64,000 nucleotides of DNA from Methanothermococcus sp. Ax23 (GTDB taxonomy: Archaea; AGJL01; Methanococci; Methanococcales; Methanococcaceae), in the NCBI RefSeq assembly GCF_049075655.1, contig NZ_CP157522.1:672001-736000 (forward strand), in the 5' to 3' direction. The stretch's first letter is position 1. Every line of letters starts with the position of its first letter. Position numbers and translations under genes: made by a program. The notes beneath the pieces are model-generated. The model searched no databases. It was not told where the DNA came from and worked only from the letters and a program-made list of their open reading frames with translations. This document shows positions 55,431-64,000 of this stretch, piece by piece.

Positions 55431-56759
55431 TTGGAGGAATTTCTTCATAAAATAAGGCCTATACTCGAATACATTCCAGAAGTAAAGCGACCTGAACGGG
55501 ACATACCATTTAAAGAAAAGTTAAAATGGACAGGAATCGTTCTTGCATTGTATTTTATCATGGGGACAATTGATGTATATACTGGGGGAGCTCAGATTCC
55601 ACCAATGTTTGAATTCTGGCAAACTGTGACTGCATCTAAAATGGGGTCATTAATTACATTGGGTATTGGACCTATTGTTACAGCGGGAATTATCATGCAG
55701 CTTTTAGTTGGGGCTGAAATTATAAAACTGGACTTATCCAATCCAAACAACAGGGCAATGTTCCAGGGACTTCAAAAACTATTTGCAATATTCATGTGTT
55801 TCTTGGAAGGTATAATGTTTGTTGGTGCAGGTGCTTTTGGTCCATTATCTCCGATTTTAATGCTGATATTGGTTCTCCAATTGGCAATTGGTGCTATACT
55901 ATTGATTTACCTTGATGAGATAGTTTCAAGGTATGGTATCGGTTCAGGTATTGGTCTTTTCATTGCCGCAGGTGTTTCCCAGACAATATTTGTGGGAGCT
56001 CTGGGTCCAGAAGGGTACTTGTGGAAATTCTTCAACGCTATGATACAGGGAGCATTGGGAACTGCACTGGAATTTATATTACCAATACTGGGAACAATTC
56101 TTGTGTTTTTCATAGTAGTATATGCTGAGAGTATGAGGGTGGAGATTCCACTGGCACATGGAAGAGTTAGGGGTGCAGTGGGTAAATACCCTATAAAATT
56201 CATATATGTGTCAAACCTTCCAGTTATACTTGCTGCTGCATTATTTGCAAATATCCAATTGTGGGGTATGTTCCTTGAAAAGATGGGATTCCCAATTTTG
56301 GGGCATTATGTAAATGGTAGGGCAGTAGATGGTTTGGCCTATTACTTCTCTACACCATACGGATTAACAAGTGTAATATCTGACCCACTACATGCCATAT
56401 TCTACACAATAATGATGATGATATTCTGTGTGATTTTTGGTATATTCTGGGTTGAAACATCAGGTCTTGATGCAAAATCCATGGCAAGAAGGCTTGGAAG
56501 TCTTGACATGGCAATTAAAGGATTTAGAAAGAGCACAAAGTCCATAGAGCAGAGGTTAAAAAGATATATAAAACCTATTACTGTGATGAGCTCAGCATTT
56601 GTTGGACTACTTGCAGCAGGTGCTGATTTCACAGGAGCTCTCGGTGGAGGAACCGGAGTTTTGCTTACAGTTTCCATAGTTTATAGAATGTATGAGCAGC
56701 TTGTTCAAGAGCAAATTTCAGAGTTGCACCCAGCACTTGCAAAGTTAATTAAAAAATAA
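55431..56759 (+). CDS. secY: preprotein translocase subunit SecY
   Basis: LGIGPIVTAGII.QLL, GIGSGIGLFI, YPIKFIY.SN.P, GGGTGVLLTV; TTG start after GGTGAT. Confidence 0.98.
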   Translation: MEEFLHKIRPILEYIPEVKRPERDIPFKEKLKWTGIVLALYFIMGTIDVYTGGAQIPPMFEFWQTVTASKMGSLITLGIGPIVTAGIIMQLLVGAEIIKLDLSNPNNRAMFQGLQKLFAIFMCFLEGIMFVGAGAFGPLSPILMLILVLQLAIGAILLIYLDEIVSRYGIGSGIGLFIAAGVSQTIFVGALGPEGYLWKFFNAMIQGALGTALEFILPILGTILVFFIVVYAESMRVEIPLAHGRVRGAVGKYPIKFIYVSNLPVILAAALFANIQLWGMFLEKMGFPILGHYVNGRAVDGLAYYFSTPYGLTSVISDPLHAIFYTIMMMIFCVIFGIFWVETSGLDAKSMARRLGSLDMAIKGFRKSTKSIEQRLKRYIKPITVMSSAFVGLLAAGADFTGALGGGTGVLLTVSIVYRMYEQLVQEQISELHPALAKLIKK

Positions 56760-56817
56760 AACTAAAAAATAAAAAAGTAAGTAAAAAATAAAATCAAATA
56801 ATTTCAATTTTTATTAT

Positions 56818-57729
56818 TTATTTTATTAATGTCACATTAAATAAAACTGCCAATACTCCAAAAAATATAGATATGCTCCACAGTATGAAGGCAATATCAT
56901 ATTCTTTCATAGGTTTTTTCTTTAATATGATTCTAGGAAGTGATAGGTATCCGCTAATAACATGGAGCTTTCCATCTTCTCCCAATATTGTAGGTTTATG
57001 TTCTTCCCTCTTGGTTATACCAGCTGAATAATACTTTAAAGAAGCATCAATAATATAGGGCATCATAATAATGACAAATTCTGGAATGATACTCCTCCAT
57101 ACTGCTATCGTAGCTAAAAACGCTCCAATTGGAAGAGTTCCAACATCCCCTGGAAATACCTTTGCAGGGTATTTATTAAGTATAAAAAATCCAAAATAAG
57201 ATGCCAAAAATACCATGACAATTTCAAAACCATAGTAATCTCCGTTTAACAATAAAATAATTCCTAAAAAAAATGCTGAGATTATGCCCAAACCTATTTC
57301 TAATCCATTGAATCCAGCGAGCATATTTGTTAAATTTGACGATATTGATATGCCCAAAACAAGAAGTATTATCTTAAAAATATCAAAACCAAATAATAAA
57401 TATCCTATTGGAATACCAATCAATCCAAGTAATATGAGTTTCTTATAGGGGGATAATTTGTATAAATCATCATATACTCCTATAAGTCCAGATATAAACA
57501 AAACCGATGATATTAGGGGATTGAAAATAGATATTACCAAAGCACTTAATGATACGGGGACAATTCCTCCCATTTCAGGCACTTTGGTTTTTTCTTTCTT
57601 GTGTAAATCAATGCCGTATCTATAATTAATCATCTTAACTATAAAAATCCTTGTAAGTATATATGATGATGCAAAACATAATAAACATAAAACACCTAAA
57701 ACGTAAATATTTAAATGGTATTCAAGCAT
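56818..57729 (-). CDS. glycosyltransferase family 4 (UDP-GlcNAc:dolichol-P GlcNAc-1-P transferase, AglH/GPT-like)
   Basis: D.HK...VPEMGG, G..DD, NLTNMLAGFNGLE, N.YPAKVFPGDVG; ATG 57729 after GGTGA. Confidence 0.88.
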   Translation of the reverse strand: MLEYHLNIYVLGVLCLLCFASSYILTRIFIVKMINYRYGIDLHKKEKTKVPEMGGIVPVSLSALVISIFNPLISSVLFISGLIGVYDDLYKLSPYKKLILLGLIGIPIGYLLFGFDIFKIILLVLGISISSNLTNMLAGFNGLEIGLGIISAFFLGIILLLNGDYYGFEIVMVFLASYFGFFILNKYPAKVFPGDVGTLPIGAFLATIAVWRSIIPEFVIIMMPYIIDASLKYYSAGITKREEHKPTILGEDGKLHVISGYLSLPRIILKKKPMKEYDIAFILWSISIFFGVLAVLFNVTLIK

Positions 57730-57890
57730 TTTTTCACCTTTAAATAGACCTCTGGGATGAATAATTCCTATCAACGATTTATAGCATGCTACAATTAAAA
57801 TGTATTGATTCATAAACTATTTATAAATATATTATTTTATTATTTTAATGGGATATATCTTTCAAATAATTAAATTATTGGAGGCACAAT

Positions 57891-60497
57891 ATGGGGAATA
57901 TATTAAATAAAATATCTGAGTTCTTTAATAAACATGAATATATAAAATTATTCTTAATAGTTTTGATAATAGGACTCATAAGCTTTCAGCTAAGAGCTCA
58001 GCCAGCAGATATGGGATTCACAAATAATCCCCAATTGAAGAGCATGTTTGCAGATGAGAATGGAAGGATGTATTTAGTGGCATTAGACCCTTATTACTAC
58101 CTAAGAATGACAGAAGATTATTATTATAATGGACATCTTGGGGAGACACTAAAAGAAGTTAATGGAAAATTGGTGCCTTATGATACCTGCCAGTATGCAC
58201 CACCAGGACATCCAATAACGAGCTCAGTTCCAGTAATATCATTAACTACAATTGCGATATATAATATATGGCATTCGTTTGATTCAACTGTAACGCTGAT
58301 GAATGCGGCTTATTGGGTTCCTGCTGTAATGGGTATGTTGTTGGGAATCCCAGTGTTCTTTATAGTGAGGAGAACCACATTAAGTAATATTGGAGGAATT
58401 GTGGGGGCATTGGCAATCGTATCAAGTCCGGCTCTATTGTATAAAACTTCAGCAGGTTTTGCAGATACTCCAATATTTGAGGTTTTGCCAATACTGTTCA
58501 TAGTATGGTTTATTATGGAGGCAATACATCATCAGGAAAATCTAAAAAAATCCGTAATATTTGCTACATTGGCAACACTGGTAATGGCAATGGCTCCAAG
58601 AATGTGGGCAGGTTGGTGGTATGGATACGATATTGTGAGCGGATTTTTAGTGTTGTATTTGATATATAGCTATATCATCAAGAATAACTATAAAAAATCT
58701 GTTGTAGAAGTTGGAAACATAAAAAACATACTTTCGATTATGGGGATATTTACCCTGGGCGGAGCTCTATTGATATCTGCCATTTATGGGATAAACAGCT
58801 TTATAAACGGAGCTCTTGCACCTATTGGATTCACAACAATAAAGGCAGTTTCACATGCATCAGGATGGCCGAATGTATATACAACAGTATCGGAGCTCGC
58901 TACTCCATCCATACATGATATTATAAATAACTCATTAGGTAGCACATATCTCTTTGCATTAGGTATAGTTGGGGTAATATTGTCATTTATTTCAATGAGA
59001 TACAAGGAAATGAAGGTTAAATTTGATGCAAAATATGCTATATTATTGACACTTTGGTTATTTGCAACATTCTATGCATCTACAAAGGGTGTTAGATTTA
59101 TAGGATTGATGGTTCCACCATTATCCATAGGAGTAGGTATATTTGCTGGACAGATAATAAATATAATAAAAAGAAGGAGTGATGATTTAACAAAATGGAC
59201 ATTGTATCCTATAATTGGTATTTCATTTTTGATGGCACTTAAAGTTGCAGCACCTAAATTATTGGAGATATTGGTTCCTACAACCTATGTTCCTATTGCA
59301 GCCTATGGTATGTTGCTCACACTTGCAATACTTGTAGTATATAAAATAGTTGATATAATTTCATCAAATAATAAGGAAATACAGGCAAAAAAGATTGTTA
59401 GCATATTATTGGCAGTAACTTTGGTTCTTCCACCATTGGCAAATGCTGTTCCATTGAACACAGCACCAACATTAAATAACGGATGGCTGGATAGTTTAAA
59501 TTGGATAAAAACAGAAACTCCAAATAACTCAGTAATTACCTGCTGGTGGGACAATGGACACATATATACCTGGGCTACAAGAAAAATGGTAACATTTGAT
59601 GGAGGTAGCCAAAACTCACCAAGGGCTTACTGGGTAGGAAGAGCATTTTCCACATCAAATGAAAATCTTTCCATTGGAATACTTAGAATGCTTGCCACAA
59701 GTGGAGATAAGGCATTTGAAAGAGATGGAATTTTAATGAACAAAACAAACCACAGCGTAGCGGAAACTGTAAAAATATTAAATGAAATACTACCTTTGGA
59801 TAGGACTAATGCATATAATATATTAACGAATAAGTATGGCTTAACCAGTAAGGAAGCAAATGAAGTATTAAATGCAACCCATCCAGAAAATCCAAATCCT
59901 GATTACTTAATTACCTACAACAGAATGACGGATATTGCTCCGGTTTGGAGTATGTTTGGTATGTGGGATTTCAATCTTTCACCAAATACTCCAGATAGTC
60001 AAAGAGAAAAAGGATATTATCAAAAATTAACCGGAGAAGGGTTTTTAAATAATGAGTCACTTATTGTGAGAGTTCCATTGCAGAAAACAAATGACTATAT
60101 GGTTATGAATCTCATTGTAATAAAAAATGCAACCATGGTAAGTTATGATATTACCTATAACTTAAAAACAAAAACTTTAATGAGTGAAAAAATCACAGGA
60201 TTCCACAAAATAATTGTTAAAGATGGAGATAATATATATGAAAATACATTCAATGAAAATGGAACTATGAGTGAAATTGTTAGATTAAAACCAGCAGGTA
60301 ATGGTCAGTATTATGCCTATGTTTGGATTTCATCAAGAAATCTCGAAGATAGTGTATATACAAAGCTTCATTTCCTTGATGGAGCAGGTTTAAAACACAT
60401 TAAACTTGTTAAGGAATCCACAGACCCTACAAACTATGGAATTCAGCCAGGATTTAAGGTTTATAAAGTGGATTATGGAAATGAATATTTAAATTAA
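57891..60497 (+). CDS. aglB: oligosaccharyltransferase AglB (STT3)
   Basis: DPYY, TVSE, WWDNG motif, multiple TM helices. Confidence 0.96.
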   Translation: MGNILNKISEFFNKHEYIKLFLIVLIIGLISFQLRAQPADMGFTNNPQLKSMFADENGRMYLVALDPYYYLRMTEDYYYNGHLGETLKEVNGKLVPYDTCQYAPPGHPITSSVPVISLTTIAIYNIWHSFDSTVTLMNAAYWVPAVMGMLLGIPVFFIVRRTTLSNIGGIVGALAIVSSPALLYKTSAGFADTPIFEVLPILFIVWFIMEAIHHQENLKKSVIFATLATLVMAMAPRMWAGWWYGYDIVSGFLVLYLIYSYIIKNNYKKSVVEVGNIKNILSIMGIFTLGGALLISAIYGINSFINGALAPIGFTTIKAVSHASGWPNVYTTVSELATPSIHDIINNSLGSTYLFALGIVGVILSFISMRYKEMKVKFDAKYAILLTLWLFATFYASTKGVRFIGLMVPPLSIGVGIFAGQIINIIKRRSDDLTKWTLYPIIGISFLMALKVAAPKLLEILVPTTYVPIAAYGMLLTLAILVVYKIVDIISSNNKEIQAKKIVSILLAVTLVLPPLANAVPLNTAPTLNNGWLDSLNWIKTETPNNSVITCWWDNGHIYTWATRKMVTFDGGSQNSPRAYWVGRAFSTSNENLSIGILRMLATSGDKAFERDGILMNKTNHSVAETVKILNEILPLDRTNAYNILTNKYGLTSKEANEVLNATHPENPNPDYLITYNRMTDIAPVWSMFGMWDFNLSPNTPDSQREKGYYQKLTGEGFLNNESLIVRVPLQKTNDYMVMNLIVIKNATMVSYDITYNLKTKTLMSEKITGFHKIIVKDGDNIYENTFNENGTMSEIVRLKPAGNGQYYAYVWISSRNLEDSVYTKLHFLDGAGLKHIKLVKESTDPTNYGIQPGFKVYKVDYGNEYLN

Positions 60498-60573
60498 CTT
60501 TTAACTTTTAATTATTAATCTTTAACTTTTTTAAATTTTTAATTTTTAAAATAATACTTTTTTAGGTGATTTA

Positions 60574-61110
60574 ATGGTTGTTGAAGTTTTGAGGTTGGGT
60601 CATAGAGGAGAACGAGATAAAAGAATATCTACACATGTTGCATTAACTGCGCGAGCTTTGGGTGCAGATAAAATAATATTCACATGTGAGGATAATCATG
60701 TAAGAGAAAGTGTAAATAGGATAGTGGAAAATTGGGGCGGAGATTTTAAATTTGAAGTGGTAGATTCGTGGAAATCCTATGTAAAAAGATTTAAAGAAAA
60801 CAATGGAATTGTTGTTCATTTAACCATGTATGGAGAAAATATAAATAAAACGATAGATAACATTAAGGAAAATATAAAAACAGATAAAAATATTATAATA
60901 ATAATTGGTGCAGAAAAGGTTCCAAAGGAAGCTTACGAACTGGCAGATTATAACATTTCCATTGGAAATCAGCCACATTCAGAGGTTGCAGCAATTGCCA
61001 TATTTTTAGATAGGCTGTTTGAAGGAGAAACGCTTTATAGAGATTACGATGACGCAAAAATAAAGGTCATGCCATCAAAAAAAGAAAAATTTGTGATACT
61101 TGAAAAATAA
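60574..61110 (+). CDS. trm56: tRNA (cytidine(56)-2'-O)-methyltransferase
   Basis: LRLGHR.ERDKRISTHV.LTARA.GA, HLTMYG, GAEKVP, GNQPHSEVAA. Confidence 0.96.
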   Translation: MVVEVLRLGHRGERDKRISTHVALTARALGADKIIFTCEDNHVRESVNRIVENWGGDFKFEVVDSWKSYVKRFKENNGIVVHLTMYGENINKTIDNIKENIKTDKNIIIIIGAEKVPKEAYELADYNISIGNQPHSEVAAIAIFLDRLFEGETLYRDYDDAKIKVMPSKKEKFVILEK

Positions 61111-61316
61111 TTTACTTTATATCATCTCATGTTATTGCGTATTTTGATGGAATAACATTTTAAGGAGCTCTAACATTACACCTAATAATCAAACAAACAA
61201 CTTAACTAAAAAACTAAACAACTACTTATAATCTTACTATTATCATAAAATTCATAAAATCCCCAACTGGGTTTTAAATGCCAAAGGAAGATTATTTAAT
61301 TAATTATGGTGAAATA

Positions 61317-61931
61317 ATGATATTAAGTGATAAAGATATTTTTGAATACGTGGAATCCAATAAACTATTGATTGAACCCTTTAATAGGGATTTTGTTGGA
61401 CCATGTTCTTATGATGTTACACTTGGAGACGAGTTTATAGTGTATAATGATGAAGTTTATGATTTAAAGGAAAAACTTAAACACGAAAAATTTAAAATAG
61501 AAAACTCAATAATGGTATGCCCATTATATCATAAATTAGATGATGATACAATAAAATATTATAAGAAAAAATACAAAGTAGATGCTGTGATTAGTGGAGG
61601 ATTACTTGGAACTACAAACGAGTATGTAAAACTCCCGAATGATATATGTGCTCAGTATCAAGGTAGGAGCTCCTTTGGGAGAGTGTTCTTACAATCTCAT
61701 CAAACAGCAGGATGGATTGATGCAGGATTTATGGGAAAAATTACATTGGAGATAGTGGCTTATGATAAACCTGTAATACTTTATAAAAATCAAAGGATTG
61801 GACAGTTAATATTCTCTAAAACAAACACTCCTGCAAGTGTTGGTTATTGCGATAGAAGGAGCTCCAAGTATGGAGGTCAGGATTCTGTAATGCCTTCATT
61901 AATATGTAAGGAGTTAAATAGTTTAAAATAA
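61317..61931 (+). CDS. dcd: dCTP deaminase (probably bifunctional dCTP deaminase/dUTPase type)
   Basis: ILSDKDI, GRSS.GR....HQTAGWIDAGF.GKITLE, QRIGQL.F. Confidence 0.93.
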   Translation: MILSDKDIFEYVESNKLLIEPFNRDFVGPCSYDVTLGDEFIVYNDEVYDLKEKLKHEKFKIENSIMVCPLYHKLDDDTIKYYKKKYKVDAVISGGLLGTTNEYVKLPNDICAQYQGRSSFGRVFLQSHQTAGWIDAGFMGKITLEIVAYDKPVILYKNQRIGQLIFSKTNTPASVGYCDRRSSKYGGQDSVMPSLICKELNSLK

Positions 61932-62011
61932 TAAAAATAATAAAAAAGGATAAAATAAATTAAAAATAAAATAAAAAATAAGAAATAAAAGCTACGAAAA
62001 AGGATGATATT

Positions 62012-63388
62012 ATGTATGTTCCAGAAGAAATTATAGAAACAATTAGAATGATAGAGCATGAAAATTTAGATATTAGAGCAACTACAATGGGTATAAACTT
62101 AAAGGATTGTGCCTGTGAAGATATAGATACTCTAAAAGAAAATATATACAATAAAATAGTTTCAAATGCAGAAAATCTCGTGGAAACTGCTGAAAGAGTA
62201 TCTAAAAAATATGGAATCCCAATAGTTACAAAGAGGGTTTCAGTTACTCCAATAGGTTCCATTATTGGAAGTGCCATAAAAAATATGGACAGAGATGAGG
62301 CAATTAAAGCATGTGTGGAAGTGGGAAAAACACTTGACAAGGCTGCAAAGGATATAAATATAGATTTTATTGGCGGTTATTCAGCACTTGTTCAAAAGGG
62401 CATTACAAGAAGCGAGGCTATGTTAATCGACTCCATACCATATATGATGAAAGAAACTAATACAGTATGTTCATCAGTAAATGTGGCAACAACAAAAGCT
62501 GGAATAAACATGGATGCAGTTAAGAGAATGGGGGAAGTAATAAAGGAAACATCTGAGATGACAGAAGATGCGTTGGGATGTGCAAAACTTGTGGTATTTG
62601 CAAATGCTCCTGAGGATAATCCATTTATGGCAGGGGCATTCCACGGAGTTGGAGAGGGTGATGCAGTAATAAATGTTGGGGTTTCAGGACCCGGCGTTGT
62701 AAGGGCAACTGTTGAAAAACTCAAAGGTGCGGACATAGGGACAGTATGTAACGAGATTAAAAAAACCGCATTTAAAATCACAAGAGTTGGTGAGCTCATA
62801 GGAAGAGAGGTATCAAAAGAATTAAATGTTCCATTTGGAATTGTGGATTTATCCCTTGCACCAACTCCTGCGGTAGGGGACAGTATAGCAAACATTTTGG
62901 AGGCAATTGGTCTTGAAAGATGCGGAACGCACGGAACAACTGCGGCACTTGCTTTATTAAACGATGCAGTTAAAAAAGGAGGGGCAATGGCGGCAAGTTA
63001 TGTTGGAGGATTGAGTGGTTCATTTATTCCAGTAAGCGAAGATGCTGGAATGATAAGAGCAGTTGAAGATGGTGCATTGAAATTGGATAAGCTTGAAGCT
63101 ATGACCTGTGTATGTTCAGTGGGTCTTGATATGATAGCAATACCTGGAAAAACACCAGCTTCAACAATATCTGCAATAATAGCCGACGAAATGGCAATAG
63201 GAGTAATTAACAAAAAAACCACAGCAGTTAGAATAATACCTGTTCCAAACAAGGATGTTGGGGACTATGTGGAATACGGTGGATTGTTAGGAAAAGCCCC
63301 AATAATGCCCGTAAATGAATATTCATCAGAGGAGTTTATAAACAGAGGTGGAAGAATACCATCACCACTTCAATCTATGTTGAATTAA
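62012..63388 (+). CDS. UPF0210 / DUF711 (PFL-like) protein
   Basis: [48 protein letters not shown]. Confidence 0.9.
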   Translation: MYVPEEIIETIRMIEHENLDIRATTMGINLKDCACEDIDTLKENIYNKIVSNAENLVETAERVSKKYGIPIVTKRVSVTPIGSIIGSAIKNMDRDEAIKACVEVGKTLDKAAKDINIDFIGGYSALVQKGITRSEAMLIDSIPYMMKETNTVCSSVNVATTKAGINMDAVKRMGEVIKETSEMTEDALGCAKLVVFANAPEDNPFMAGAFHGVGEGDAVINVGVSGPGVVRATVEKLKGADIGTVCNEIKKTAFKITRVGELIGREVSKELNVPFGIVDLSLAPTPAVGDSIANILEAIGLERCGTHGTTAALALLNDAVKKGGAMAASYVGGLSGSFIPVSEDAGMIRAVEDGALKLDKLEAMTCVCSVGLDMIAIPGKTPASTISAIIADEMAIGVINKKTTAVRIIPVPNKDVGDYVEYGGLLGKAPIMPVNEYSSEEFINRGGRIPSPLQSMLN

Positions 63389-63493
63389 AAAATAAAATTA
63401 AAAAATTAAAAAATTAAAAGTAGATAGAAGTTATTTATATATCAAAAAATATATTATAAAGATAAAATAAAAGATATATATCAATGTGATATT

Positions 63494-63658
63494 ATGGCTA
63501 GAAAAAATGAAGATGCTGGACTTAGCACAAGTGCGGGGCTAGTTAGATATATGGATGAGGATATATCTAAAATTAAAATATCCCCTGAAAAAGTTCTGGG
63601 CATTACCATTACAATAATGGTTTTGGAAGCTATTTTGAATTATGGTATATTTATCTAA
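63494..63658 (+). CDS. secG: preprotein translocase subunit Sec61beta, absent from the ORF track
   Basis: Hand translation MARKNEDAGLSTSAGLVRYMDEDISKIKISPEKVLGITITIMVLEAILNYGIFI. Confidence 0.9.
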   Translation: MARKNEDAGLSTSAGLVRYMDEDISKIKISPEKVLGITITIMVLEAILNYGIFI

Positions 63659-63702
63659 TTATTACTAATTTTATTTTTATTTAGCAGAAAAATTATATAA
63701 AA

Positions 63703-63999
63703 CTAATTTATAGATTTTCGATATATTGTTAATATGTCTTCATCATATTCGGATTCTAATTTATAGTTATCAATATATGGATAATCAACATATTTTTTCA
63801 GTTCTTTTCCAAGAGCTCCTGCAAGTATAAATTTAATATTTTTGGATTTATATTTCTCAATAACATTTAGTAATTTTTTTACATCTATTTCTTCACAGGT
63901 GCATCCGAAGTCTCCACCAACTATAACAATTCCACTATCAAAAACATCTGCAAAGTCATTAATGGCATAATCAATAGATTTAACATCAAGACCGGGATT
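63703..63999 (-). CDS. 3' end of a Mur-ligase-like protein, probably coenzyme F430 synthetase CfbE (partial, runs off the window)
   Basis: Hand translation NPGLDVKSIDYAI...IVGGDFGCTCEEID...LAGALG...IYRKSIN*; family call rests on recalled motifs only. Confidence 0.6.
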   Translation of the reverse strand, partial: NPGLDVKSIDYAINDFADVFDSGIVIVGGDFGCTCEEIDVKKLLNVIEKYKSKNIKFILAGALGKELKKYVDYPYIDNYKLESEYDEDILTIYRKSIN

Positions 64000-64000
64000 T

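Noticed and set aside
45359-60497. Ribosomal cluster starting at rpl22 (no L3-L4-L23-L2-S19) and secY followed by glycosylation genes rather than adk
   Set aside because: As I recall, this matches ordinary Methanococcus gene order, so it is not novel.

Overview
AT-rich chromosomal segment of a hydrogenotrophic methanogen of the order Methanococcales. The 16S sequence, gene content and gene order look Methanothermococcus/Methanococcus-like; this is an inference, not a database match. Most of the window is housekeeping DNA: truD, korA, rio2, aroB', GGGPS, PolD DP1, priL, argH, one 16S-tRNA(Ala)-23S operon with no linked 5S, a CODH/ACS cluster with two acetyl-CoA synthase genes, ilvC, ehbP, cobS, connectase, nikR, isoprenoid genes, comD, two small pilins, an intron-containing tRNA-Trp, the L22-to-L15/secY ribosomal cluster, aglH-like/aglB, trm56, dcd and sec61beta. 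The gene list does not explain several signals. (1) The palindrome GAGCTC occurs about 85 times by hand count, against roughly 4-6 expected, in all reading frames and in intergenic DNA, while GATC is nearly absent outside rRNA; this resembles a HIP1-type iterated palindrome. (2) A ~300-bp protein-less IS200/IS605-derived element keeps both end hairpins, an internal TATA promoter and a TnpB-type omega-RNA 3' region pointing antisense into ehbP. (3) A multi-part promoter is shared by cdhA and cdhC. (4) Small GAA-loop hairpin inserts and an anti-SD switch-like hairpin lie in ribosomal-operon spacers. (5) rio2 may start at a non-canonical ATC codon. All assignments come from reading the sequence and recalled family motifs; no searches were run, and counts are manual.
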